A stretch of DNA of 64,000 nt from Methanotrichaceae archaeon (GTDB lineage Archaea > Halobacteriota > Methanosarcinia > Methanotrichales > Methanotrichaceae). The stretch spans positions 1 to 64,000 of the forward strand of contig CAVWIG010000015.1 in NCBI GenBank assembly GCA_963754945.1. The letters run 5' to 3'. The translations under genes and the position numbers were made by a program. The notes under the pieces are model-generated. The model did not search any database. It saw only the letters and a list, made by a program, of their open reading frames with translations, and had not been told where the DNA came from. Shown here one piece after another: positions 21,555 through 31,539 of the stretch. Numbering within the stretch: position 1 is the first letter of the stretch; every line of letters begins with the position of its first letter.

Positions 21555-22147
21555 GTCAAACGTTGCGGCGGCGGACCCCGCTGCAAGCAGGCGGGGCATG
21601 TTCCCGCCGCCGCCAAGTTAATCGAATTCAAGCAAACTCATTTGCTTAAATCCTTCTTTTTCTTCCGTTGTTCCTTGCATTTCGACATAATTGCGAATTA
21701 TGTCCGATAATATCCCATCACCTACCGTCCCAATATATCCCCCCATCGCTCCAAAATTCGCTGCCCCAAAGTGCTTTTTTGATTTGAGGAAATCTTTTGA
21801 AAATTTCTCTTGCGGTTATGCTTTTTATTATTTGCATAATCCTTGATGGCGAATGCTTTGGAGCTGCTCCAACGAAAATATGTATGTGATCTCCATCAGT
21901 CCCAATGGCATCAAATACAAATTGATATCGTTCTCCCAATTCTGAGCAAATATATTTGAAATATTCAATCTTATTATTTCGAGAAAGTAATTTCTTTCTA
22001 TACTTTATACATAGAACCATGTGATACCTAATTTTGTACACGCAATGATTCGCCCTTCCTAATTTAACCATAAGCCGAATATGCAACTACCCTTAAGTCG
22101 GTTTTCATGCTCATCCCCGCAGCAAGCTGCGGGGTATTCACTTAAAA
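21555..22147 (-). mobile_element. IS200-type element (tnpA only)
   Basis: Subterminal hairpins CCCCGCAGCAAGCTGCGGGG and GC-rich right end ending TTTGAC (minus strand); Y1 transposase inside. Confidence 0.88.
21618..22086 (-). pseudogene. tnpA: IS200 TnpA (HUH Y1 transposase), frameshifted in a G run near 21740
   Basis: YHMVLCIKYR, DHIHI, IKSITAR, FWSDG; other frame continues GYIGTVG...IRNYVEMQG. Confidence 0.85.
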
Positions 22148-22492
22148 ATCAAAAGAGAATGTTTTGGAAGAAGGGCAAAAGTCGTGAGGTATGTCGGAAT
22201 GAGTGTTTTTCGCGGCTTTGCCCAACTCTTATATTAGCGTCTTAAAGATTTAAAGACGTGGTACCGCCTGATTTAAGCGCAAGAATTACACTTCGGGAAT
22301 GAACGAAAAAGAGGCAAGAGTCCATCGATGCAGACAGAAGAAGTGGACGCACGACTCTTTGCCTAACTACCTTTCGGCATTTAACACATATAAAGATGTG
22401 GTACTATTAAGATAGTATCTCCTTTAATGTAATCCTAGAGCTAGACTGGTTTTTCGCATGCGCAGCAGCATTTTACAGTTGGGTCCCATGAT

Positions 22493-22948
22493 TTAAGTGC
22501 TCGCTGGTATGTTTTCCTTTAAATGTTGAGTGGTATGCTCCAAGATCTGTTGCCGAAATGCCATCGGATTAGCGATATTCGGAAAAGATTCATGTGAGCC
22601 GCCCGTGCCATTCAAGATAACAGTTCCATAACCTAATTTGCTGCCTATAAAGCCTTGGTTTATACTTACGCCCTCTACTTTATCTAGGTTCATTTCAACT
22701 GAATGCTTGCTAGTCGATCCCCATTTCGCTATAATTCGTCGGTTGGTGACTGCGAATTCTGCAGAAGTATAGCCCCAATAGACAAGCCCCAACCAGATTA
22801 ACGGTATAATGGCAATCCATCGAGCGCCATCACCAAATAACAAGAATAATAAGGTCAAAACCACAGGCCAGAAGAAGATAAACGAATGCAGGTGAGCAGA
22901 AGCAATTACTCTCTCTCCTTCCATTAGATTTTTTTCAATATATCCCAA
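22493..22948 (-). CDS. bacterial PH-domain membrane protein
   Basis: YIEKNLMEGERVI, two TM segments, EFAVTNRRII, Q...LGYGTVI; GGAGG RBS. Confidence 0.85.
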   Translation of the reverse strand: MGYIEKNLMEGERVIASAHLHSFIFFWPVVLTLLFLLFGDGARWIAIIPLIWLGLVYWGYTSAEFAVTNRRIIAKWGSTSKHSVEMNLDKVEGVSINQGFIGSKLGYGTVILNGTGGSHESFPNIANPMAFRQQILEHTTQHLKENIPAST

Positions 22949-23219
22949 TTCAATACCCTCCTACTAACTTACTGAGTCTTGATACGAGCATAAGATAATT
23001 AAAGATTACGATAGATTTAACAAATCTTAAGAGTGATTGGTGAAAAAGGTATTATGAAAGCGAAGTATAATTCTCAATACGATATGATTTGAGAATGGTT
23101 AACCAATAATACTTCTATCAATAAATTAAAATATCGAATGCCGATTCAATCGATTGCTGCGTAGGATTTTTGAAGATCATAGCCGAGAGCGACGCTGACT
23201 CCTTGTAGACTGGAAGAAG

Positions 23220-23261
23220 CTAAAGCGTAAGATATTGGCTATGCTTCTCCCTTTTTACGGC
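23220..23261 (-). pseudogene. 13-codon remnant of an integrase C-terminus
   Basis: Reads AVKREKHSQYLTL* (integrase 1 ends KTKREKYEKYLTL*); 26/28 nt identical to 21401-21428. Confidence 0.65.
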
Positions 23262-23492
23262 ATTATAGCTTAAGAAATCTTTCATATTTGTTCGCTTGAT
23301 ATCAACATCCAATGGATTGAATCATATTTGGTTGAATCCCTATTCAAGATAGAATGAATCTAATCTGCGTAAAAGCTTAAATAGAATGAGTTAGATTTGA
23401 ATATTAAGGCAAATTAAAGCCAAGAGATAACAAAGGCAATGCGAATTGCTTCTGCGAGGTGAGAAAAGGCAGCAGCCTTTTCGAATCGAGCT

Positions 23493-23556
23493 ATAGACTC
23501 AAGATCTATTCTCGCAGGAGTTCAGGGGTTCGAATCCCTTTCCCCGCACCTTTATG
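23493..23556 (+). repeat. att site copy 2 (attR of element 1 / attL of element 2), partial tRNA-Leu
   Basis: 64-bp identity with 11848-11911; lacks the tRNA 5' part. Confidence 0.95.
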
Positions 23557-23634
23557 TAACGACGCTTAGTGGTTTCTCGATTCTTATTTTGACTTCAGTA
23601 AGCCCTACGTTAATATATCCAAATATATTTTGGG

Positions 23635-24519
23635 GTGGGCGCAGTGAGTAGGGTAAAAGTCAACTGGAATATAATGCCAACAAAAGTCTTTAAAAAAGAT
23701 ATAGTGTTGGACCGATTCGTGAGATACTTGAAGGGCTTAGGGCTAAGGAACGAGACAATAAAGCTCTATTTAGGTAGGGTCGGGGCATTCCTGGATTATG
23801 CCAAGAGCGATTTGCCGAACATCCAAACCGCTGAGAATTACAGGGCGAAACTGATTGAAGACAAATTATCTCGTGGCCACATAAACAATACTTGTTTTGG
23901 CATGAAGAAATTTTATAAAATGAATGATATCGATTGGAATTTTATTGTGTTGAAGACCAACGACGGAGTTCCCTACTATTTCGATGAGAAAGATGTACTT
24001 GCGATCTTTCGAGTGTGTTCAAATATTAAGCACCTGGCCATGCTTCAAACTCTGTTCTATGGATGTCTAAGAAGCAGCGAACTATGCAGGCTAGAAGACA
24101 ACGACCTCGATCTTAAAGCTAGGACCTTAAGGCTTAGGGAAACAAAGGGTGGCCGCGATGACATCGTGTATATCAACGAAGAATGCGCTGAAACCTTGCG
24201 ACTATATCTGAAGCTTAGGCCACAGGTAAAGATCGGAGATAAAACCTTGGTTTTCTATACTGACAATCAAAATCCCTGGACTAATGGCGACGTACACCGA
24301 ATGTTTATGGGGTACAAAGCGAAAGCCGGAATTACAAAGCCGGGTGCGGTACATGTTTTTAGTCGTCACACAACCGCTACAATGATGGTAGCAAAAGGCT
24401 GCGATTGCAGGATTGTTAAGGAGATTCTGCGGCATAAAGACATTCATACAACGCTGAGGTATGCACACCTTTCAGATCAGACTCGCCGCGAGAAGTATGA
24501 GAAATTCATGGTATTGTGA
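23635..24519 (+). CDS. tyrosine recombinase/integrase (intact)
   Basis: GCLRSSEL, ETKGG, HVFSRH and LRHKDIHTTLRYAH catalytic motifs. Confidence 0.95.
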   Translation: MGAVSRVKVNWNIMPTKVFKKDIVLDRFVRYLKGLGLRNETIKLYLGRVGAFLDYAKSDLPNIQTAENYRAKLIEDKLSRGHINNTCFGMKKFYKMNDIDWNFIVLKTNDGVPYYFDEKDVLAIFRVCSNIKHLAMLQTLFYGCLRSSELCRLEDNDLDLKARTLRLRETKGGRDDIVYINEECAETLRLYLKLRPQVKIGDKTLVFYTDNQNPWTNGDVHRMFMGYKAKAGITKPGAVHVFSRHTTATMMVAKGCDCRIVKEILRHKDIHTTLRYAHLSDQTRREKYEKFMVL

Positions 24520-24533
24520 ATGAGGTGGATTGA

Positions 24534-24677
24534 ATGGCCCTTACTAAGAGTGAACTGGTCGATAGTATTGAGCGTATAGATGAGATGACAACTGCCCTGG
24601 ATGAGATTAGGCATCGATTGGTTCAAGAACTTGAAGAAATCGAACAGCAGAAGTTGAGTCCACGCAAATGTCATTAA
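24534..24677 (+). CDS. small coiled-coil hypothetical protein (47 aa, absent from the ORF track)
   Basis: GAGGTG RBS, MALTKSELVDSIERIDEMTTALDEIRHRLVQELEEIEQQKLSPRKCH*. Confidence 0.55.
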   Translation: MALTKSELVDSIERIDEMTTALDEIRHRLVQELEEIEQQKLSPRKCH

Positions 24678-24895
24678 GTGATTCATTACCCGAGGACAGT
24701 TTGCGAAAACTATAAATAGAAAGATTGTGCAAGGAGCCGCTTGGCTCATGATAAGAGCCAGGAGCTAAGGTGGTCTGAACACCTCGGCTCAGGGAGGCTT
24801 CTATGCCTACAAAAGATGCAAGGAAAAACTATACGTATAAGTATAAAAGAGTTTCGGTGTCTTCGCCGAAACCCACTGCGGCGGAGGTTATCTAG

Positions 24896-25486
24896 ATGGT
24901 CCACTGCGAAGCGTTCTATAACCACATGCAGAAAGACCAAGACTTCTGCCGGAAAAACCCGGATACAGTCAAGCGTATCATGAATCATATTAAATTGCGG
25001 ACTATTCTAGACTCAGAAGCCGCGAAAAGCGAAATTCTGAAGGATAGTTCTCAGCCATTTGGCAGTATCCTTAGTGAAGGAGCCGGTCGCCCATTACATG
25101 ACCTGGATGAAACCGAGCTGAACAAGGCAATTGCTTTGATCGTTCAGAGGGCGGAGCAGAGAGAGATGAATTGTGACGAAAAGATTTCGGTGACGTCTAA
25201 AGAGGTAGCTGCGATCGTCCGTCAGGTTGCGCCATCGAAGGCCAAAGCAGCACCAAAGGCAAAGAAGTACAAGATCGAGGCGTTAGAGGACATCCTACAG
25301 TCTGCTTTCACCGGTGGCGAAATACCCAACGATGCGATATCATCAACCATCGTCAAGATCGACACCCTCATCAGAACTTTAGAGGCCCACAAGTCTGCTC
25401 TCACACAGAGGCAAGCAACCTTGAATGCTCGTGGTGCTAACGACACAATCCCAGAGCAGACACAACCGGAAGGGGCTAAAGCATGA
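24896..25486 (+). CDS. hypothetical protein (element 2)
   Basis: GGAGGT RBS, 196 aa, followed by a T-rich tract. Confidence 0.75.
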   Translation: MVHCEAFYNHMQKDQDFCRKNPDTVKRIMNHIKLRTILDSEAAKSEILKDSSQPFGSILSEGAGRPLHDLDETELNKAIALIVQRAEQREMNCDEKISVTSKEVAAIVRQVAPSKAKAAPKAKKYKIEALEDILQSAFTGGEIPNDAISSTIVKIDTLIRTLEAHKSALTQRQATLNARGANDTIPEQTQPEGAKA

Positions 25487-25687
25487 CCCTTCCTTTTTAG
25501 TCTTTTTACGGATTCACTAGTTTGATGAGATTCTTCAGAAAAATTTTAAGCTCGGGCTGCTATGGATTGTTCAGCATACCGAAACCGATTTTCAATATTT
25601 GGGCCGATAAGGGTTACACCCATGTTGAAATGCTGTATGATGATGTTCACAATACACTGATAGTCTGTCCGTTGTAGGTGACATAGA

Positions 25688-26380
25688 ATGAAAGATTATC
25701 GCTATTTTCGAGCCAAAAGCATCTTAAAGAAGACACTTTCCGGTAAATCAGACGATGTTCTTGTTTCCGACGAGCTAGAGGCAGCACGACAACGGCTCAT
25801 TAAATCCAATTCAAGAGGTTCCGCGCTTGAGAAGGCAAAGGCACAGGTGAAGGCAACGCTTGGAACCCCTAAGAGAGAATCGCCGTACAACACCAAATTC
25901 GATCCGGATTATGATGAATTTCTCATGATCCTGAACGAAAAGAATCGCAGTCCTGAGAAAGCCAGACAGCATTATGAGGCATTCAGAGATCAGGGATTCA
26001 CTTATTTGGACGATCATCCCGAAATCATCAATCCGCAGCCCGCTATGAAATTTAATCAGACGCACGACGAATTGAAAGCACAGCTACACAGAACACTTTC
26101 GACAAAATCTAATGTCGTACCTGGCAATCGAGAAGAGGCGGAACGGGAACTGGCTACCGCAAAGGCAAGATTGGCGGACACGCTTGCGAAGAAGCGGAAC
26201 ACGCCGGATCGTGTCGGTGGAGTAGATCAAGATACACGTTCGTCGTGCGTAGGCCCGTTCGGTCAGACGACTATGGAATCCGATGATGACCTTGAAGCAG
26301 CAAAATCCCGTCTACGTCAGACCCTGAATAGGAAGCGGGATGCCCTTTCGAAAGCTCAACGCGAGCAGGAGCAGTTATGA
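25688..26380 (+). CDS. hypothetical helical protein with repeated 'ELEAAR/K.RL..TL' segments
   Basis: AGGTGA RBS, 230 aa. Confidence 0.75.
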   Translation: MKDYRYFRAKSILKKTLSGKSDDVLVSDELEAARQRLIKSNSRGSALEKAKAQVKATLGTPKRESPYNTKFDPDYDEFLMILNEKNRSPEKARQHYEAFRDQGFTYLDDHPEIINPQPAMKFNQTHDELKAQLHRTLSTKSNVVPGNREEAERELATAKARLADTLAKKRNTPDRVGGVDQDTRSSCVGPFGQTTMESDDDLEAAKSRLRQTLNRKRDALSKAQREQEQL

Positions 26381-26898
26381 GTGGCATCGAGGCATTCCTG
26401 GGAGCTGCCAAGCCTGGTTCATCAGAAGGGAAGCTTGTTGAAGCCTACAACCAGGCGAAGATAGACTTAGAGAGGAAGCAGTCCGATCTGGTCAAGTGCC
26501 TTCGTATCGAGAAGGTAGGCGACCGTCTGATCCCAGCCTTTAGCCCTGAAGCTGCAAACTTGGCAGGACCACATTGGGATTCTGAAGCGCTGCTGCTGGA
26601 GATTCAAGCAGATATACAGAAATTTTTAACATGCACTAATGGAGAGCCCTTGAGCGGCCTTCTCGATAGGCTGTCGAGAGCTCGCCGGATAGTTAATGAT
26701 TCAGTGTTGGACGCCAGGAACGCAGTCGAGAGGTCTATCAGAAATCACGCTGCCCTGAACGTTCGTGAAGCAGAGGCGTTGCCCGAAGTTCAAAGCGCCT
26801 TCGACAAGAGAGACAGGACTCAGAGCGAGAAGGGTCCCATTATTTCGGATCTCGAAAGCCGGGTCCGAGAGGCGAAGAAGATCTTGGCAAAATATTAA
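26377..26898 (+). CDS. hypothetical coiled-coil protein
   Basis: ATGA overlap with the upstream gene. Confidence 0.75.
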   Translation: MSGIEAFLGAAKPGSSEGKLVEAYNQAKIDLERKQSDLVKCLRIEKVGDRLIPAFSPEAANLAGPHWDSEALLLEIQADIQKFLTCTNGEPLSGLLDRLSRARRIVNDSVLDARNAVERSIRNHAALNVREAEALPEVQSAFDKRDRTQSEKGPIISDLESRVREAKKILAKY

Positions 26899-26945
26899 CT
26901 CCAGATCTTTTTTTATCGTCTTCACTATTTTACGTCGTTATAACG

Positions 26946-27179
26946 TTGGTGAGAATCATGGTTAGGCAGACAAAAAGACAAAAATCGGTAGACTCAGACA
27001 AAATGACTGATATTATCGCTCTTAGGGTAACGCCGAATGAGAAGAAACAATTGAAGCAAATGGCTAACAACTTAGGAATGACAATTTCAGGCATGATTTG
27101 GAAATGCGTCCATATCGGTGTAAAGGTAGAACAAGATAGACGCGACAAGATAAACAAATTAGGATTAGGAGAATGCTGA
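26946..27179 (+). CDS. small ribbon-helix-helix-like DNA-binding protein
   Basis: IIALRVTPNEKKQLKQMANNLGMTISGMI pattern. Confidence 0.65.
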   Translation: MVRIMVRQTKRQKSVDSDKMTDIIALRVTPNEKKQLKQMANNLGMTISGMIWKCVHIGVKVEQDRRDKINKLGLGEC

Positions 27180-27235
27180 AAAAAGGTTAAAGGATTCAGT
27201 GCTACAACACTGATCCAAAAAGGTGTGATAAAATT

Positions 27236-27559
27236 ATGCAAATTAGTAATTCTGAAGATAGTATAAAAAGCTTGCGGTTTAAGAAAGCCGATGAAATCAG
27301 TCGCAGTGAAGTCAATTTCCCTGATCAGTCTGGCATTGAGAAAGAAGAACAAAATTGGTATCGTCTGAGCTTAGAGGAGAGACGGGCCAAACTGAGTAGC
27401 CACAGTATCGAAGAATTCCCGGATCCATTCGAGAGTGAAGAAGAGCGTCGGCTGTATAGGGAATTTTTGAAAAGGAAACTGGCATGGACCCATAGTCCCG
27501 AGTTCGACCTGTTCGTTGACTATGATAGGCAATATGAAAAAGCGCACGGAATCATCTGA
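27236..27559 (+). CDS. hypothetical protein
   Basis: 107-aa ORF, AGGTGTGA upstream. Confidence 0.6.
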   Translation: MQISNSEDSIKSLRFKKADEISRSEVNFPDQSGIEKEEQNWYRLSLEERRAKLSSHSIEEFPDPFESEEERRLYREFLKRKLAWTHSPEFDLFVDYDRQYEKAHGII

Positions 27560-27618
27560 AGAAGCTTGGACTAGTTAAAACCGGATAAAAGCAGAAGTTA
27601 GAACGGAGAAATATAGAA

Positions 27619-27768
27619 ATGTTTGAAAAAGATTTGGTAGATGAATTCAGTCCCTTTCTGGGACTGATAGTAGATATAAGATCAGAAAAGCACGATCTTC
27701 CTCTATATGGCAGGGTGAAAGCTGTATCACCGGACTTCGTGACAATTGAGAGGAAGGATGGACGGCTA
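27619..27768 (+). pseudogene. small beta-rich (Sm-like?) protein truncated by IS630
   Basis: LYGRVKAVSPDFVTIERKDGRL then reads into the IS end. Confidence 0.5.
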
Positions 27769-28950
27769 GTGCACCATAACGCAAGTTTTAAATCTTATAA
27801 AAGGTCTAGAATATAGATCGTGGCAAGAAAAACAAAATTCTGTGTGAAACTGGAAGAGAAAGAACGAGAAGAGTTGAACCAGTACATCCGTCGTGGGAAG
27901 TCGTCTGCAAGGAGTTTAACTCGCGCAAGAATACTGCTCCTGGCCGATGGAGGGCAATCCGATGCGGAGATCATTGATGCATTGAAGGCGAGCAGAACGA
28001 CAATAGTGAGGATAAGAAAGAGATATTTCGAGGGTGGCCTGGAATCTGCATTGAATGAAAGATCTCGCAGTGGAGCGCCTCCGAAGATAGATGCACGAGT
28101 TGAGGCTAAACTGACCGGCATTGCTTGCTCAGATCCGCCTGAAGGCAGATCGAGATGGACGCTGAATCTATTGGCCGACAAGCTTGTTGAGCTGGGGGAA
28201 GTGGACTCGATCTCAGGAATGAGCGTTTGCAGAGCGTTAAAAAAAATGAAATAAAGCCATGGCTCAAACAGCGATGGTGCATAGGGAGCATGACGAGCGA
28301 ATATATCTGGAACATGGAAAATGTATTAACTCTGTACGAGCAACCATATGATCCGAGGCATCCTGTGGTTTGTTTCGACGAGAGGCCATGCCAACTGATA
28401 GGCGATGTCTTAGTGCCTATACCCATGAAACCAGGCAGTCCGAAGAAGGTGCATTATGAATACGTCCGTAACGGGACATGTTGCATCCTTATTGCTTTTG
28501 ATCTTCATGCAGGAAAAAGAATGATTCGTGTCATGGAGCACAGGACAAGGGTGGACTACGCCCATTTCATGAAAGAACTTACCCAGCAATATCCAGGTGT
28601 AGAATCCATTCGATTGGTCCAGGATAATCTCAATACGCATACTTCAGGCTCATTTTATAATGCTTTTGCGCCTGAAGAGGCGTTTGAGCTGGCTAAGGAG
28701 TTCGAATATTATTATACGCCAAAGAAAGGTAGCTGGCTCAACATGGCTGAGATAGAACTCTCAGCCCTATCGAAGCAATGCCTCGATCGTCGGATTGGAG
28801 ACATCGATACTTTAACCAAAGAGGCTTCGGTGTGGGCACAAGAACGTAACGCAAAAAAAACTACTGTAAGATGGAAATTCACGAAGAATGATGCAAGATT
28901 AAAGCTAAACAGGCATTATATTAATTTGCAAAATTAATGTTATGGTGCAC
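27769..28950 (+). mobile_element. IS630-family element
   Basis: IR GTGCACCATAAC/GTTATGGTGCAC, TA duplication at CTAG. Confidence 0.92.
27820..28937 (+). CDS. IS630 transposase (probable -1 frameshift at the A8 run near 28240)
   Basis: RARILLLAD HTH ORF plus DDE ORF with FDERPCQL, QDNLNTH, PKKGSWLNMAEIE. Confidence 0.9.
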
Positions 28951-29576
28951 TAGCTTTTGCACGGCTTTTCGGATACGATTCCCCTGAAGAGCTGATTGCT
29001 TCCGTCACGGATATAGGTCATCAGTTTTACGTTGATCCCCGGGACCGAGACAGAGCAATTAAGACTATTCTTGAGAAAGGTTTCCTGGAAGGATTCGAAC
29101 TTGAAGCGAGGCGGAAAGATGGCACCAAGTTTTGGGTTTCCATGAACACCAGGATAGCAAAAGATGAGAACGGCACGCACTTCGATGGCACCGTTGAGAA
29201 TATCACAGAGCGCAAGCAGATGGAAAAGGCGCTGCGAGAATCTAGAGATTATCTAGATAAGATTATCAATTCTATAGGCGATCCGATATTCGTTATCGAT
29301 AGACATCACCGACATATTCTGGTAAACGATGCTATGTGTGCACTGGCGAATCGCACTCGTGAAGAATTCATTGGGAAGACACCTTACGATTTCTTCCCCA
29401 GGGAGCAAGTTGAAGGTTTCTTGCAGAAGGACGAAGTCGTCTTTGAGACGGGAGAAGAGAACGTAAATGAGGAAACAATTACGGATTCGCAGGGAGTCAC
29501 TCGCACCGTAGTAACCAAGAAGACCTTGTATACAGATGCATCAGGGAACAAATCAATTGTTGGAATCATCCGGGAT

Positions 29577-30665
29577 TAGGACTTACGCAGTTGAATCTTT
29601 CGACAATGAATAATAAGGATATTTTATATATTCGCGAATTGACTCGCGAATAATTCTTCGCTTAGATTCGAACCAACTTATTCCTATTCTAAGCCTTTCT
29701 ACTTCTAATCTGAGAAACGCTCTCAGGGAGAACATTATGTGTGCTCTCTGGGACTGACTTTTTCTTGCTTGACAGCTTTCGACTCCACAGAATTGCTTTA
29801 TGCCTCTGTGATATTCCTCAATCTTCCAGGAATATCCACCAAATTTTTCGCGTTTAGCTTCGTCTATCTCCAGCACGTCAGTTGCCCAGTATCCTATGTC
29901 ACCGTCATTAGAGACTATCCGGAATACTTTTATAAAACCATAAGCTTTTAAATGCACTTCCCTGCCTTGCAACGGTATCTCTATCTCCTGGATTTGCATA
30001 TTTTTGGTGTTATTCGGATTCACTAGCCTATTTTTCTTCAATCGGGTCAGCCAGTGCCATCCAGACTTTCGTATGGTTTTGAGATTATCTACACTGGCAT
30101 ACCAGCTATCGAAGAGAACAATACGGGGCTGAAAACGCCGTTCTTTTGCTTTGGCAAGCATATCTCGAAAATGATCATTTTTTGTCTTGCCGTCGACATC
30201 TATATCGTAGATTCGGAAATCAACGGGAATTATAGCGTTTCCATCTGTCCACAGCAACGTACAAATATTGATTCCATTCACCAATCGATGCTGTTTTCCA
30301 CTCCATTGATGATAGACTAGGCTCATATTTTTAGCATATGGCTTGTCCAACGTCGTATCGTCAATAACCAAGAAACCATTTTGAGGCTGAACAATATCCT
30401 TTACCTCATTCCACAACGTATCCGTATCTGGAGGCTGTCTTTGTAGAAGACGGGTAAATGCATCATGCGATGGACTATTTTCTCCTACTGGCTGGCACCT
30501 TGCAGCCTCAGTACAGGTAAAAACATCTACTGATGCTATCAGAAAGTGAATATAATCAAGATCATCGCACTTGGAAGGATTCAAGTTCAGCCCTATCCCA
30601 TTTATTTGTTGGTATTAATATAGCATATGCAATATAAGAAGATTCTGCCAAGTGCGTAAGTCCTA
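29577..30665 (-). mobile_element. IS701-family element, copy 2
   Basis: Same IRs as copy 1; 6-bp TSD CGGGAT (29571-76, 30666-71). Confidence 0.93.
29583..30584 (-). CDS. IS701-family transposase
   Basis: Near-identical to 10552-11553. Confidence 0.92.
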   Translation of the reverse strand: MNPSKCDDLDYIHFLIASVDVFTCTEAARCQPVGENSPSHDAFTRLLQRQPPDTDTLWNEVKDIVQPQNGFLVIDDTTLDKPYAKNMSLVYHQWSGKQHRLVNGINICTLLWTDGNAIIPVDFRIYDIDVDGKTKNDHFRDMLAKAKERRFQPRIVLFDSWYASVDNLKTIRKSGWHWLTRLKKNRLVNPNNTKNMQIQEIEIPLQGREVHLKAYGFIKVFRIVSNDGDIGYWATDVLEIDEAKREKFGGYSWKIEEYHRGIKQFCGVESCQARKSQSQRAHIMFSLRAFLRLEVERLRIGISWFESKRRIIRESIREYIKYPYYSLSKDSTA

Positions 30666-31539
30666 CGGGATATAACCGATCGCAAGAAGGCAGAGGAGGA
30701 GTTACGTCAGAATCGGGACCATCTGGAGGAGCGTGTCAGAGAACGGACTGCTGAGATGGAGCGGTTCATATACACTGTCTCTCACGATCTGAGGTCTCCC
30801 TTGGTGACGGTGAGCGGTTTTGTAGGCTTATTGAAAGGGGACCTAGAGAGTGGTGACAGCCAGCGTGCATTTAGCGATCTCGTCACAATAAGCGAGGCCA
30901 TAACCAAAATGGATTGCCTATTGGTCGACACTCTGGAGCTGAGCAGGATCGGGCGGGTAGCTAACCCACCGGTGGACGTGTCCTTCGACAAGATCGTACA
31001 GGAGGCAATTAGGCAGACAGAGGAGAGGATAAAGTCTCTAGATGTGGCTGTCTATGTGGCAGGGGATATGCCAAAAGTCCGCGTGGACGTGCTCAGGATT
31101 GTGGAAGTGCTGGTCAACCTGATAGAGAACAGCGTGAAGTACATGGGAGATCAGGAGAGGCCAGAGATAGATATCGGCTCCAGAAAGTTCGGCGAGGAGA
31201 CGGTATTCTTTGTCAAGGATAACGGCATAGGTATCGACCCTAAGGAACACGAAAAGGTCTTTGGCCTCTTCTACAAGGTGGACAGAAAGAGCGAGGGGAC
31301 CGGCGTAGGTCTGGCGATAGTGAAGAGATAATTGGGGTCCATGGTGGGCGGATATGGATTGAATCTGAGCTGGGTAAGGGATGCACGGTATGTTTTACGC
31401 TGCCGTTGGCAGATTACCAGTAAACTAATGCGGGGTCCGTCCCCGCAGGTTAATTAATCCAAAAAACTTACCGGTATTTATTTTTACGTCGAAAGCAGCA
31501 GGGTCCACAGACGCGATGTTTGACTTGCATAGGCAGCAC

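Larger units (their letters stand above)
11848..23556 (+). mobile_element. Integrated element 1 at tRNA-Leu (tyrosine-integrase island, about 11.7 kb including ISs)
   Basis: Bounded by 64-bp att repeats, integrase next to attL, AT-rich cargo. Confidence 0.9.
23493..27768 (+). mobile_element. Integrated element 2 (intact integrase plus small ORFs), right end lost
   Basis: att followed by integrase; no third att seen; last ORF cut by IS630. Confidence 0.8.
28953..31423 (+). pseudogene. PAS-PAS histidine kinase, 5'-truncated, split by IS701 and frameshifted near 31328
   Basis: PAS/PAC (ENITERKQ, GIIRD-ITDRKK), SHDLRSPL, NLIENSVKY, DNGIGID, GTGVGL; HGGRIWIES lies in another frame. Confidence 0.88.

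Noticed and set aside
21618-22147. TnpB/IscB RNA-guided nuclease associated with the IS200 element
   Set aside because: The element is only about 590 bp and encodes tnpA alone
23493-23556. Second tRNA-Leu gene
   Set aside because: Lacks the 5' acceptor strand and D-arm; it is an att duplication
24803-24898. In-frame TAG just before ORF 24896 (pyrrolysine readthrough?)
   Set aside because: A GGAGGT RBS directly precedes the ATG at 24896, and nothing else supports recoding
31429-31447. GCGGGG..CCCCGC hairpin as a third att or tRNA remnant
   Set aside because: Only a 7-8 nt match; better explained as a hairpin between convergent genes
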